Below, in pieces: positions 39,690-52,525 of a stretch of DNA of 64,000 bases (the first letter of the stretch is position 1; every line of letters begins with the position of its first letter). Source of the DNA: Macrostomum hystrix (Eukaryota; Animalia; Platyhelminthes); NCBI GenBank assembly GCA_950097015.1, contig CATNEN010000029.1, positions 6,572,001 to 6,636,000 on the forward strand, read 5' to 3'. The notes below the pieces were generated by a model. It was given only the letters and a program-made list of their open reading frames with translations. It was not told where the DNA came from and did no database searches. Both the position numbers and the translations under genes were made by a program.

Positions 39690-40390
39690 CCCTATTCACT
39701 GAAATCCTCATTTACCAAAATCCCTATTCACAAAAATCCCATTTCATCCTGATTTCCATTGACCGACATTCCGACTCACCAGAATCCCATTCACTGACAC
39801 ACCGATTCACCAAAACCCCATTCACTGAAATCCCCATTCACTAAAATCACCATTCACCAAAATCCCAATTCACAGAAATCCCCTTTCACTGACATTCAGA
39901 TTCACCAAAAACCCCATTCACTGACATTCAGATTCACCAAAATCCCCATTCACTGACATTCAGATTCACCAAAATCCCCATTCACTGACATTCAGATTCA
40001 CCAAAATCCCCATTCACTGACATTCAGATTCACCAAAAACCCCATTCGCTGACATTCAGATTCACCAAAAACCCCATTCACTGACATTCAGATTCACCAA
40101 AATCCCCATTCACTGACATTCAGATTCACCAAAATCCCCATTCACTGACATTCAGATTCACTAAAATCCCCATTCACTGACATTCAGATTCACCAAAATC
40201 CCCATTCACTGAAATCCCCCATTCACTGAAATCCCCCATTCACCAAAATCCCCGTTCCCCAAAATCCTAATTCACAAAAATCCCCATTCAACAAAATCCC
40301 CAGTCACCAAAATCCCCATTCACCAAAATCCCCATTCACCAAAATCCCCATTCGCCGACATTCCGATTCACCGAAAGCCTAATTCACCGA
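39690..40390. repeat. 32-bp (16-bp dimer) minisatellite (TTCACTGACATTCAGATTCACCAAAATCCCCA)n
   Basis: Tandem core with degenerate flanks. Confidence 0.93.
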
Positions 40391-41054
40391 AGTGTCACAA
40401 AGTCCCTAATTCCTAGCTGCAGCTTTGGCTGGCTTTGATAGACGAAACGGCCTGAGCTTGCTTTACTGACTCTATTTGACTATTTCCGATGGCAAACTAA
40501 TGTGGCCTAACTGCAAAGTTTCTCGACCGAAGCCTTGTCGTTGGCCCCGAGTCTCTAGGGGCGAACAAAGACTGTCTATTTGTGAAGCCTTTTAAACGTC
40601 AACACACGCTTTAAAGATGTTGCTGGAACAATATTTTTGTTGTAATCATTGATCCAATATTATGTGGAAATATTATATTTTAATTATTTATTTACTAACT
40701 GTGACACTTTCGTCACCGAAGGCATTGTTAATTAAATAACTTCGAGGTTTGTAATACAATAAACCGTAATCTACTAAGACACACGCACAGACACATAAGA
40801 CAGACTCGATAGGAAAGTACCAAAAGTTTTTCTTTGTAACTGTTGAGCAGTACCTTTACAGACATTGTGTAACCTTTTGCACCTTTCCTTATTGAAATAA
40901 ATCTGTTTTTTTACAAAGAAGTCGCTACTCTTCTGGTTGGTGCGAGGTGGCGACTGACAAACGAATAAGGCTCGCGTGCTCAATGACTGATGCTGCCGAA
41001 TGAGTACCGTACTCAGGCCGATGATTTTGGGGCCGTATTTTCGCCGAGGAGGAT

Positions 41055-41345
41055 TTTAATTGCTTTCTTGATTCTGCCCCAAATTGATCCAGATGTGCAG
41101 CCGACAGCACAGCCGCAGCTATTGCGCGGCGCATCTGTTGGCTGCGCACGGCTGTTCAGTCCATGGACTAGGGGGAATGTCACACCCACCCTCAATTACC
41201 ACATATAATGTTCGTACCCATTTAACAGCTGGGTGAACTGAAGCAGTGCAGATTTACATGCCTTGGTAAAGGAAACAATTTTTCCAGTGGAGTCGGGACT
41301 CGAACCCCCGATCCTCAAGTCCGCAAGCTTGTTGCATTAACACTA
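41055..41345 (-). mobile_element. SINE family 2, antisense full-length copy
   Basis: Reverse complement of 32262-32545 (GCTGTTCAGTCCATGGACT; GTACCCATTTAACAGCTGGGTGAACTGAAGCA; GGGACTCGAACCCCCGATCC). Confidence 0.78.
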
Positions 41346-41442
41346 ACACTATGCAACAAGCCCCCTTTATTAAACGACTATAGGCTCAATTTGTAATATA
41401 CGAGTTTTAGCCTCTCGTAACATGCGTCGGGAGTTCGAATCC

Positions 41443-41735
41443 GGGTTGTTGCAGAGCGGTAAAATGCGTTTGCTTCTCGCGCCGAGGTCCCTGAGCTCGA
41501 TTCCGCGGCGAGGCCACATTCAATTCGGGCGCGGCCGCGGAGAGGAGGCTTGGGTAGCTTTTTCTTCAACACCTTGAGGGCCAACCTCCAAGGCACAGTG
41601 AAAGTCGGGGCAAATGCACACACCTCTGTGTGTGTGCGTGTGTGCTCAGGAGTCAGCGGAATGTGCAGAATTGCCTCCTCGCTGGCTGCGAATCTATTGT
41701 CCCCAAATGATGAGCCACTGCCCGCAGCCATCCTG
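41443..41735 (+). mobile_element. tRNA-derived SINE family 1 copy
   Basis: TGCAGAGCGG A box, GAGCTCGATTCC B box, and body and tail homologous to 57291-57650, with an internal deletion. Confidence 0.78.
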
Positions 41736-42194
41736 CAATGTTTTTTAATTATCCTTTCACACCCTCTATGAAACAGAAACAGATTTTTTGTTCTTGTGGC
41801 TTGCCTCTTCTTAGAGGCCCTATTCTAGTCTAATAGTTCATCAAAGGCTGGCAGACCGACTGACTGAGACGAAGAAAAAGGACAACTGATTTAGCTTGCA
41901 TGTCTTACAAACTTTACTCAGTCGCATCTTCATTAATTAGTTTGCTCGTTTAAACTGTCGGGTTCAATTCCTAAGCCTCTAGGTATTATATTCCCACCTA
42001 GCTTTTCTCCACTGATGCTGTCTCATCCTGTCGCATATTTGGACTTTTTCTGTCGGACAACTCATCAGATTCTTAAGCCTGATTTATTTTTTTTTAAATT
42101 CCTTGACCTTAATACTCGTACTTACTTGGACTTTTCACTTCCTGTCAGACGGCTAATGGCTAGAAAAAAATCATGCTTAATGATCGAAAGCGGA

Positions 42195-42625
42195 AAGGAG
42201 GTCAAGGTGTTAGACAAGGTAATGAAATGGAGGCCAAGGTGTTAGACAAGGTAATGAAATGGAGGCCAAGGTGTTAGACAAGGTAATGAAATGGAGGCCA
42301 AGGCGTTAGACAAGGAAGTGGAAGTGAGGTCAAGGTGTTAGACAGAAGGTAGTGGAAGGGTCAAGGTGTTAGACAAGGTAGTGAAAGGTAGGTCAAGGTG
42401 TTAGACAAGGTAATGAAAGGGAGGTCAATGTGTTAGACAAGATAGTGGAAGGGAGGTCAAGGTGTTAGACAGAAGGTAGTGGAAGGGTCAAGGTGTTAGA
42501 CAAGGTAGTGAAAGGTAGGTCAAGGTGTTAGACAAGGTAATGAAAGGGAGGTCAATGTGTTAGACAAGATAGTGGAAGGGAGGTCAAGGTGTTAGACAAG
42601 GTAGTGAAAGGGAGGTAAATGAGTT
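42195..42625. repeat. ~32-bp minisatellite (AAGGTGTTAGACAAGGTAATGAAATGGAGGCC)n
   Basis: Tandem periodicity. Confidence 0.92.
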
Positions 42626-43044
42626 AGACATGTCCTGGACTATGCATATTGAGCAAGTATTATTCGAGTTAAGCTCTCTCGAAGATAAGCGTTTAATAGA
42701 GAGCTATCAAAATATATTCTAGGTCATTATTTTTGAGTCCCCCCCGCACTCAAATTCTTCCTGTTCTAGCCTGGTCCAATTTCCTATTCTCGTCCACCTC
42801 TCAGTGCGCCAAGGTCTCTTAAATTTAATTTCCCATTTGCTATGTAAAATTTCTCGGCGGATTTTTAGTCCCTTGACAAGTCGAGAAAAGAAATGTAAAT
42901 GGGACGAAGATTTCCGTGCCAAATTGAATCAAAGCATTCAAGCTCTTTTCTAAGTTAATTGAGTCCGTATTGGATTGGTATATACTACTGCGAGTGTTTC
43001 ATTACAACCTTAATAGACCACTCTCAGGCAAGACTTTGGGAGAG

Positions 43045-43350
43045 GGAAGAAAGAGGTAGAGGGGAAGAATGAAGGATGAAGGACGATCCACTGACAACGA
43101 ATAAAGAAGCGGGGGAGAATGAAGAAGAGGGGAAGAATGAAGGAGAGGGGAAGAATGAGGTGAGGGGAAGAATGAAGGAGCGGGGGAGAATGAAGGAGAG
43201 GGGAAGAATGAAGGAGAGGGGAAGAATGAAGGAGAGGGGAAGAATGAAGGAGAGGGGAAGAATGAAGGAGAGGGGAAGAATGAGGTGAGGGGAAGAATGA
43301 AGGAGAGGGGAAGAATGAGGTGAGGGAAAGAATGAAGGAGAGGGGAAGAG
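43045..43350. repeat. 18-bp purine-rich minisatellite (GAGGGGAAGAATGAAGGA)n
   Basis: Tandem periodicity. Confidence 0.92.
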
Positions 43351-43677
43351 TGAGGATGGCCATCAGGAAATCGAAGTTGTAGAGAGTTAATAGTTCCTGT
43401 TTGATTTTGGATTAACATAGCAAATTATATTCCCCCGAATCGCAGTAGAACAAAGGAAGGGCGCAGGAACAGTGCGGGATTGCTGGGAAGGAAACGCTAG
43501 GCCAATCACAGTCGACCTGACCTTGGGACGTGGCTGTCACGGGAATGGCTCGTTTGCAAAAGCCTTAGTGGCAGCGGTGGGGAGTGTGGCCAGACTCGAT
43601 AAATAAGCTCTCCAAGACTCGAATCTCCCAGCGCGCTCTCCCAGCCGTTCGCCAGTTCCCAGCTCCGCGGCAGCAGT

Positions 43678-45087
43678 ATGAACAGCTCGGACAAGACACT
43701 CGCCGATCCCAGCCAATCGGAGCTCGGCCGCCTTGTGACCATGCTGTGCGGCAACTCAACCGGTCCGGCACAGCTGCCCGTGTCAACCATGGTGTACATG
43801 ATGCTGCTCATGTCCCTTGCCGCTGGCAATGTCGTCAGCAACCTACTCGGAGCGGCGATGGTGGCCCGCTGTCTAACCAAGAGTTTCATCTCCGGCCTGC
43901 TGCTGGTGCTGTCGGCAGCCGAGGTGGCATTCAACAGCGCCCAGTTTGTCTACCAGCTGCTGGTCTGGCAGTTCGGCTATCGCCAGAGGCCGTTCGCTTC
44001 GCTAAGCCAGGGCCGACTCATCGGCTACACATTCTGGGCCATGCTGCTGCTTAGCCAGGCCTTCTTAATGCTGCGCAACTGGATCATTGTGCTTATCTCC
44101 TGTGTTCGCTTCGAGCGAGTTTATTTCCCCTTTGGACCGGTGCGTTACACCACCCCGAAACGGCTGGCTTGCCTGCTCACCGCCCTGCTGGCAGTCTGTC
44201 TGGCCAGCAGCCTGCCGAAGACCCTGCGCTACAACCCGGCCATCTGCCTGGACAGCCTCACACTCAGTCAGGTGCAAACCTGGCTATTTGAGTCCGCCAC
44301 TCGCGAGGTTGTGCTCACGCTGCAGAGCTACATTGTGTCCACACTGGCCCCCATTGTGCTGGTGGTGACGCTGAACGGCCTCATCCTGCGAGCGGTTAAC
44401 CGGCAGCGCCGACTCTTCAACCGGCGTCGGGCTGGTTCAGAGGGCGCCGCCGGCAGCCGCAGCGCGTTGAGCCGGTCCAAAATCACCGACCGGCTGCTCC
44501 TGATGCTCATGACGGCGTTTGTCGTCTGCGAACTGCCGGTGTTTGTCTCCGGCCTGCTGCACAACTGGCTGCCGTCGCAGACTTCCTCGCACCTGATTCA
44601 CGTTGCTCACTTGGGCACCGCCATGGACTCGGCGCTCAACGTGTTGGTCTATACAATGTCCCAACGGCAGAATGGCAGCAAGTGCATCGAGGTCTGCGTG
44701 CCCAGCGAGCGTCGCCGACTTCGCCAGCTGCCACAGCTTGGCATCGGAGCGGCTGGAGCCGCCGCTACGGCCTCTGCTGCAGGCGCTGCTGCCACTGCCG
44801 CCGTCGCCGCAGCCACCGACGCGGCCACCGTCGACGCCCCCGTCAGACGGCCCATTGTCGACGACTTGTTCGCTCAGGCCGACGAAGCTGCACCGTCCAG
44901 TTTCGTCGCGACCGGAGCCTCTTCGAACCAGGCGAAGATTGACGACGCCTGCCGACTGCCGCTGCTGCTGATGGCTAGCGGCTCGGTCGGTGACATCGGT
45001 GGCGGCGAATCTAACTACTTCTGTCACCTGCGGGATCAGCCGGTGACGCAGGTCACATGCGAAGGTGTTCTGGAGTCGACCTTTTAG
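43678..45087 (+). CDS. Intronless rhodopsin-class (class A) GPCR, FMRFamide/peptide-receptor-like orphan, 469 aa
   Basis: Seven hydrophobic segments with class A landmarks: TM1 GN, TM2 LSAAE, TM3 NWIIVLISCVRFERVYFP, TM5 APIVLVVTLNGLI, TM6 FVVCELP, TM7 DSALNVLVY. Ala-rich C-terminal tail. Confidence 0.88.
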   Translation: MNSSDKTLADPSQSELGRLVTMLCGNSTGPAQLPVSTMVYMMLLMSLAAGNVVSNLLGAAMVARCLTKSFISGLLLVLSAAEVAFNSAQFVYQLLVWQFGYRQRPFASLSQGRLIGYTFWAMLLLSQAFLMLRNWIIVLISCVRFERVYFPFGPVRYTTPKRLACLLTALLAVCLASSLPKTLRYNPAICLDSLTLSQVQTWLFESATREVVLTLQSYIVSTLAPIVLVVTLNGLILRAVNRQRRLFNRRRAGSEGAAGSRSALSRSKITDRLLLMLMTAFVVCELPVFVSGLLHNWLPSQTSSHLIHVAHLGTAMDSALNVLVYTMSQRQNGSKCIEVCVPSERRRLRQLPQLGIGAAGAAATASAAGAAATAAVAAATDAATVDAPVRRPIVDDLFAQADEAAPSSFVATGASSNQAKIDDACRLPLLLMASGSVGDIGGGESNYFCHLRDQPVTQVTCEGVLESTF

Positions 45088-46449
45088 CTGGCCAGTCACT
45101 CTTGGATTGAAATCGCTAATTGATTATGGCTGTTGTACAGAGCCCGACCAAACTCTCCTTTATTTTTTTGTACTTTTACTCGTACTGTATATTGAGCACT
45201 CAGTTGTCCCGTGTCCTATAATCAGTGTGTTGCAGAATTTGCTTTTATTTGTCGATTTGTATATTGTTTAACAGTCTGAGATTTTCAGCGTCACCCGAGC
45301 TGTGTGTCCTTTTGCCATGCTGGCAATAAATCAGGGGAGGACAGATCTTGCTAGGGATCAGAGAAAGGGAGAGACAGTGGATACTGGTTTGTTTATAAGC
45401 TAAAGCGGGCCGTATGCAATGTCTCTCCCAACCTCAGTTCTCGGACACTTAGGACCACTTGCCCGTCCTGTCTGTCCAACCCCAACCGTCTGAAACTGTG
45501 TCTGGCCCCCTCTACTTAGGATACATAAATTCCTTACTTCCAGCCGTATCAATCTATCTCTGGGTACGCGCTCTCTATCTATCCCTCAACACCCTTTGGT
45601 CCAAAACTGATTTTTTCATGTGCGCGAACACATTCTTAGAAAACAAGCTGTGGTAAAAATGTTAGCGTGCTATATTCTCCTTTGTTTTTTTTCCTACGCA
45701 ACCAGTTCAACTTTTGGTTAAAAAATATACTGCGATTTGTAAACCAAACTTTCACGTTTGACAATAGTTGCTGGGCAGAATTCATTTTTCCAGTTTTTTA
45801 GTTTTTTTTTCGCTAGATGAGCTCTGAACTTCTACCTAACGAAACTTTCTTAGCTTTCTAAACTCCACATTTGTTTCTTGTCTATAGTTTTCCTTAAACA
45901 CGGTTTAGACTCAATCAAATAATTTTTCCGAGACTAAAGCTTTTAGGATGGAGAATTTCAATGAAGTGGAATTTCCAAGAAACGCAATTTCTAGAAAGTA
46001 TGTTTTCTAAGAAATAAAATTTCTAAGGAGTGGAACTTCTTATAAGTAACATTTCTAGGAATTGAAATCTCTAATTAGTAAAACTCTTTGGAACTGAATT
46101 TTCTAGGAGAATAATCTCGGAGATAACTAGTGAAAACTAAATTAGTCATTCGTATATTCTTAATTTTTTTAAAATTCGATATCCAGCCACGATACCAAAT
46201 TTATTATGATAGCTCTATTGCCTCTGTTTGCTAAACTGAAAGCGCAAACAATGTTTTGGATTAGTTTACACTGGCTCAACCTTTTACAGCCAAAATTGCC
46301 TAAATTGTATTACGCTTTTGTTGACCTCAAAAAGACATGAATTGAAAACGAGACCATGCTCATATAGCTGCTGCTGCTGCTGCTGCTGCTAAAAGAGACA
46401 ACCAACTTTATTTTGTTATTTTTTAACCTTTTTATTTGCAAATACCTTT

Positions 46450-47390
46450 TGCTTCCCTACCTCTCGCTTCTCTAGCTCTCGCTTCTCTCTCCCTCTTATC
46501 TCTCCCTTTTATCTCTTCCTCGTATCTCTCCCTCTTATCTCTCCATCTTATCTCTCCCTCTTATCTCTCTCCCTCTCATATCTTCTTCTTATCTCTCTCC
46601 CTCTTATCTCTCTCCCTCTTATCTCTCTCCCTCTTATCTCTCTCCCTCTTATCTCTTCCTCGTATCTCTCCCTCTAATCTTTCCATCTTATCTCTCCCTC
46701 TTATCTCTCCATCTTATCTCTCCCTCTTATCTCTCCATCTTATCTCTCTCCCTCTTATCTCTCTCCCTCTTATCTCTCTCCCTCTTATCTCTCTCCCTCT
46801 TATCTCTCTCCCTCTTATCTCTTCCTCGTATCTCTCCCTCTTATCTTTCCATCTTATCTCTCCCTCTTATCTCTCCATCTTATCTCTCCCTCTTATCTCT
46901 CTCCCTCTCATATCTTCTTCTTATCTCTCTCCCTCTTATCTCTCTCCCTCTTATCTCTCTCCCTCTTATCTCTCTCCCTCTTATCTCTTCCTCGTATCTC
47001 TCCCTCTTATCTTTCCATCTTATCTCTCCCTCTTATCTCTCCATCTTATCTCTCCCTCTTATCTCTCCATCTTATCTCTCTCCCTCTTATCTCTCTCCCT
47101 CTTATCTCTCTCCCTCTTATCTCTCTCCCTCTTATCTCTCTCCCTCTTATCTCTTCCTCGTATCTCTCCCTCTTATCTTTCCATCTTATCTCTCCCTCTT
47201 ATCTCTCCATCTTATCTCTCCCTCTTATCTCTCCATCTTATCTCTCCCTCTCATATCTTCTTCTTATCTCTCTCCCTCTTATCTCTCTGCCTCTTATCTC
47301 TCGCCCTCTTATCTCTCTCCCTCTTATCTCTCCCTCTTATATATTCCCTTTATCTCTCTCCCGCTTCTCTCCCCTTCTTATCTCTCCCGC
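46450..47390. repeat. 13-15-bp pyrimidine-rich minisatellite (CTCTTATCTCTCTCC)n
   Basis: Tandem periodicity. Confidence 0.93.
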
Positions 47391-48035
47391 AATGTCTCGC
47401 ATAGTCGTCCTCTCAGTGGCTTATTTTTTCTCATTATCCACTTCTCTCTTACGCTCAACATCACCTTCACCTGTACCTCACTCCAAGCATAATCTCATTG
47501 ACGTCTCACTTGAAGTCAGAAAATATGCTATCCTATTTGTTATCAGAAGTGCAGTAGATTAAAACGAAAATCGGTAGAAATCCAAGACGCTTCTGATTAG
47601 CTCTGAGGCAGAAATCAAAGACAAACTTAGTAGGGTCTCAACTAATATTTTTATTTATTTAGCTCTCCTCTCCACCTGGCTAAATCTTAGGCTATACCAA
47701 ATCTAGCGCCAACTCAAAAAACAATGCAGTCTTCGGGTTCTATATTGTTCTTGGCAGCTGTGTGAAAATGCCGCCGAAAATGAGAGTTAAACAATATTTC
47801 CTGGGACAGTGAACTGGCGGGGTGAGAAAAAAAGGAAAACTACGGGCCGCCCAGACCTGGAAAAAACATTCACGCAGAAGATAAAACATTATTACAGACA
47901 ATATTTTGACAAAGGGCTACTAAAAAAGTAGGATTTTTTGGCCGAAAAAACTTTGGCCACTGGTTTTAACCGTTAATTAATGCGTCTGTTTCTACAAAAA
48001 GTGTTCCTAATTCCTTCTAGAAATCACGGGAATTA

Positions 48036-48235
48036 AGTAGCAGAGCGGTATAACGCGTTGTGTCTCGGATCAAGGTCCCCGAGCTCGATTCCGCGGCGAG
48101 GCCACATTTATTTGGGGCGCAGCCGCGGAGAGAAGGCTTGGCGGCTTGTAGTGCAATTTTTAACGCACCTGTGTGGGTGTGTGTGGGTGTGTAAACGGAC
48201 AGAATTGCCTCCACGCGAGCCATAATCCTAATCAG
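48036..48235 (+). mobile_element. SINE family 1, internally deleted copy
   Basis: GTAGCAGAGCGG...GAGCTCGATTCCGCGGCGAGGCCACATT...GAGAAGGCTTGG. Confidence 0.72.
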
Positions 48236-48274
48236 CGGAAAAACATTTTTAATCAAACGAAATCTCATTTTCAA

Positions 48275-48950
48275 TGAAATCCCAGTTTAAATGAAATCCC
48301 AGTTTAAATGAAATCCCAGTTTAAATGAAATCCCAGTTTCAATGAAATCCCAGTTTCAATGAAATCCCAGTTTCAATGAAATCCCAGTTTCAATAAAATC
48401 CCAGTTTCAATGAAATCCCAGTTTCAATGAAATCCCAGTTGCAATGAAATCCCAGTTGCAATGAAATCCCAGTTGCAATTCAATCATAGTTTCAATGAAA
48501 TCCCAGTTTCAATGAAATCCCAGTTTCAAAGAAATCCCAGTTTAAATGAAATCCCAGTTTCAATGAAATCCCAGTTTCAATGAAATCCCAGTTTCAATGA
48601 AATCCCAGTTTCAATGAAATCCCAGTTTCAATGAAATCCCAGTTGCAATGAAATCCCAGTTGCAATGAAATCCCAGTTGCAATGAAATCCCAGTTGCAAT
48701 TCAATCCTAGTTTCAATGAAATCCCAGTGTCAATGAAATCCCAGTGTCAATGAAATCCCAGTGTCAATGAAATCCCAGTTGCAATGAAATCCCAGTTGCA
48801 ATTCAATCCTAGTTTCAATGAAATCCCAGTGTCAATGAAATCCCAGTGTCAATGAAATCCCAGTTGCAATTCAATCCTAGTTTCAATGAAATCCCAGTGT
48901 CAATGAAATCCCAGTTTCAATGAATCCCAGTTTCAATAAAATCCCAGTTT
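48275..48950. repeat. 17-bp minisatellite (AATGAAATCCCAGTTTC)n
   Basis: Tandem periodicity. Confidence 0.96.
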
Positions 48951-49554
48951 CAATAACAACTTCAAATTTTCAATTTCAATAACAACTCTGTAGAGATCTC
49001 ACTGTTTAAAAGTTCAGTGTCGACCGTCCTGTAACCTCTTCCCTAGTTACTCCACGCCGCATTTAGTAGAATAATCCAGAAATGACAAACAATAAGACAC
49101 CTGTTCACGTCGTCACTTTTAGACCGTGCGACCGTGCCAGACAAAGCTGTTCGAGAATTGTGCGCCAACTGTTCCTTCGCTTATAGCGAGGTTTCATTTC
49201 ATTCATCCTTTATTTTATGCTTTATACTCGTATATCCGCGAGAAGATTCCAGAATTCATAGAAAAATGTTGATCGAAAGTACAAACTCGATTACTGCAAA
49301 AATAAGCACCTGTCTACTGTTTACTGTACTCCAAATTGCGCTAATCACTGTTCAACGCCATATGTGTGAAAAAAAAACCTGAGCAGATGCGCACCTTTTC
49401 TGTTTTCCGTTCTTTTTTTCTTAGAAACCTAAAACTGATAAGCATTTGTTTTGTGCGCAAAATGAACCCTTATTTACATTTATTTTTCCCTTAACACCAA
49501 CCTCAACCTCACCCACCCACCTACCCACGTCGTCCACTTAAACCCCGATCTCAA

Positions 49555-49918
49555 CCTGGTTAATCACCCACCTCAAACTACGCCAATCTCCAGGTTAATC
49601 ACCCACCTCAAACTACGCCAATCTCCAGGTTAATCACCCACCTCAAACTCCGCCAATCACTTGGTTAATCACCCACCTCAAACTCCGCCAATCACTTGGT
49701 TAATCACCCACCTCAAACTCCGCCAATCACTTGGTTAATCACCCACCTCAAACTCCGCCAATCTCCAGGTTAATCACCCACCTCAAACTCCGCTAATATC
49801 CAGGTTAATCACCCACCTCAAACTCCGCCAATATCCAGGTTAATCACCCACCTCAAACTCCGCCAATATCCAGGTTAATCACCCACCTCAAACTCCGCCA
49901 ATATCCAGGTTAATCACA
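49555..49918. repeat. 35-bp minisatellite (GGTTAATCACCCACCTCAAACTCCGCCAATCTCCA)n
   Basis: About 10 tandem units just 3' of the Hox-like gene. Confidence 0.95.
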
Positions 49919-50329
49919 GAGTGCAGAGTGGATGGAGGTCAAGGTGTTAGACAGTGCAGATTGGATTGTAACTTTTTTGTTTTTGACTAGTGGAGAGTGG
50001 TTGTAGGTCACAATTTTGTCATGAGAACAGGTACTTTGCCTTTCGCGCAGTCACGTGTCCGTCCCGTTGCGCAACTCCTTGGAACTGGACGCCAGATTGA
50101 TCTCGCCAATGCGCAACCGATGCCGTTTGAATTTAATGCGCCGATTCTGAAACCAGATTTTTACCTGTCGCTCAGTCATGCCAAGACTGTTTGACAGCTC
50201 GCGTCGTCTGCGCTTAGCCAGGTAGCGATTCAGCCTCCTTCTCCAGCTCCAGTGTCTGCTGCCGTCTGTAGGTTTGACTTCCACCGCTGCGATTAGCGGA
50301 ATTCGGGCCTGAAAGAAAACTGAATACTT

Positions 50330-50960
50330 TTTAATGGAAATTTCCATTCGCTCATTGAAGCGTCTCGGGTAAAAGTTGAATGGAAATTTCCATTCGCTCA
50401 TTGAAGAGCTTCGGGTAAAAGTTTAATTGGAAATTTCCATTCGTTCATTGAAGAGCTTCGGGTAAAAGTTGAATGGAAATTTCCATTCGTTCATTGAGGA
50501 GCTTCGGGTAAAAGTTGAATGGAAATTTCCATTCGTTCATTGAGGAGCTTCGGGTAAAAGTTGAATGGAAATTTCCATTCGCTCATTGAAGAGCTTCGGG
50601 TAAAAGTTTAATTGGAAATTTCCATTCGCTCATTGAAGAGCTTCGGGTAAAAGTTTAATTGGAAATTTCCATTCGTTCATTGAAGAGCTTCGGGTAAAAG
50701 TTGAATGGAAATTTCCATTCGTTCATTGAGGAGCTTCGGGTAAAAGTTTAATTGGAAATTTCCATTCGTTCATTGAAGAGCTTCGGGTAAAAGTTGAATG
50801 GAAATTTCCATTCGTTCATTGAGGAGCTTCGGGTAAAAGTTGAATGGAAATTTCCATTCGCTCATTGAAGAGCTGCGGGTAAAAGTTGAATGGAAATTTC
50901 CATTCGCTCATTGAAGAGCTGCGGATAAAAGTTGAATGGAAATTTCCATTCACTCATTGA
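50330..50960. repeat. 46-48-bp minisatellite with a 16-bp palindrome, Hox intron
   Basis: (AATGGAAATTTCCATTCGTTCATTGAGGAGCTTCGGGTAAAAGTTG)n; spacers are invariant. Confidence 0.95.
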
Positions 50961-51584
50961 AGAGCCCGAAAAATATATTCCGTGCGAATTTTCCTGTCGA
51001 TCGTTTGAGAGCTTTGAGAAAAAGCTGAAGAAAGGAATTTTCTTGCCTTTTCTTGCCTTACCAGCGAAAAAGATGGATGGAAATTTCCATTTATCAATGA
51101 AAGCCTCTCTATAGCTTTCTGCGGAAATGCCCACTAAAAATATGTAATCCGAATAAATTTCTTTAAATTAATTGGGTCGTTAATTGTCAGTCACATTTAA
51201 AAGGAATCCACAGTCCACTCGAAGGAGACAATTCAGTCTTAAGTAATACAGGATATTAAATTGCTCAATAAATTGCTGCCCTGAACAAACTCAACCTGCC
51301 TAATTTTGTTGCTCCCACCGCTTCCAGGCAATCTCCGCTTTGGTCTCCTCTCCCCGCTCACTCGCTCACAGCTCGCTGCCTCAGTGTCAGACGGTTGCAG
51401 CGGAAGTGTCCCGAAGGCAAATTAACATGGAGCTGGCGTGCGACTTTAAAGCCTACGAGATTCACAGCCGCACTTTTAAGGCTCAAAATGAATAGCTGGA
51501 TGGTGTACAGTAACACGCGTAAAGTCTATCACCCGCTTTGCATTCAATTCTTAACAGTCACCTGCACTTTAAATAGAATAATTT

Positions 51585-52525
51585 ATTGATTCTGTCCCTC
51601 ACTATGGAACATCATTCTTGATTCTGTCACTCTCTATTGAGCATCATTCTTGATTCTGTCACTCTCTATCGAGCATCATTCTTGATTCTGTCACTCTCTA
51701 TCGAGCATCATTCTTGATTCTGTCACTCTCTATGGAACATCATTATCGATTCTGTCACTCTCTATGGAACATCATTATCGATTCTGTCACTCTCTATGGA
51801 ACATCATTATCGATTCTGTCACTCTCTATGGAACATCATTATCGATTTTGTCACTCTCTATCGAGCATCATTATCGATTTTGTCACTCTCTATCGAGCAT
51901 CATTATCGATTTTGTCACTCTCTATCGAGCATCATTATCGATTTTGTCACTCTCTATCGAGCATCATTATCGATTTTGTCACTCTCTGTGGAATATCATT
52001 ATCGATTCTGTCACTCTCTATGGAACATCATTATCGATTTTGTCACTCTCTATCGAGCATCATTATTGATTCTGTCACTCTCTATGGAACATCATTATCG
52101 ATTCTGTCACTCTCTATCGAGCATCATTATCGATTTTGTCACTCTCTATCGAGCATCATTATCGATTTTGTCACTCTCTGTGGAATATCATTATCGATTC
52201 TGTCACTCTCTATGGAACATCATTATCGATTTTGTCACTCTCTATCGAGCATCATTATTGATTCTGTCACTCTCTATGGAACATCATTATCGATTCTGTC
52301 ACTCTCTATCGAGCATCATTATCGATTTTGTCACTCTCTATCGAGCATCATTATCGATTCTGTCACTCTCTGTGGAACATCATTATTGATTCTGTCACTC
52401 TCTGTGGAACATCATTATCGATTCTGTCACTCTCTGTGGAACATCATTATTGATTCTGTCACTCTCTATGGAACATCATTATCGATTTTGTCACTCTCTA
52501 TCGAGCATCATTATCGATTCTGTCA
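51585..52525. repeat. 32-bp minisatellite (ATTCTGTCACTCTCTATGGAACATCATTATCG)n, Hox intron
   Basis: Tandem periodicity. Confidence 0.96.

Noticed and set aside
50330-50960. CRISPR-like palindromic repeats (also 30390-31088)
   Set aside because: Spacers are near-identical rather than unique, the context is eukaryotic introns, and there are no cas genes.
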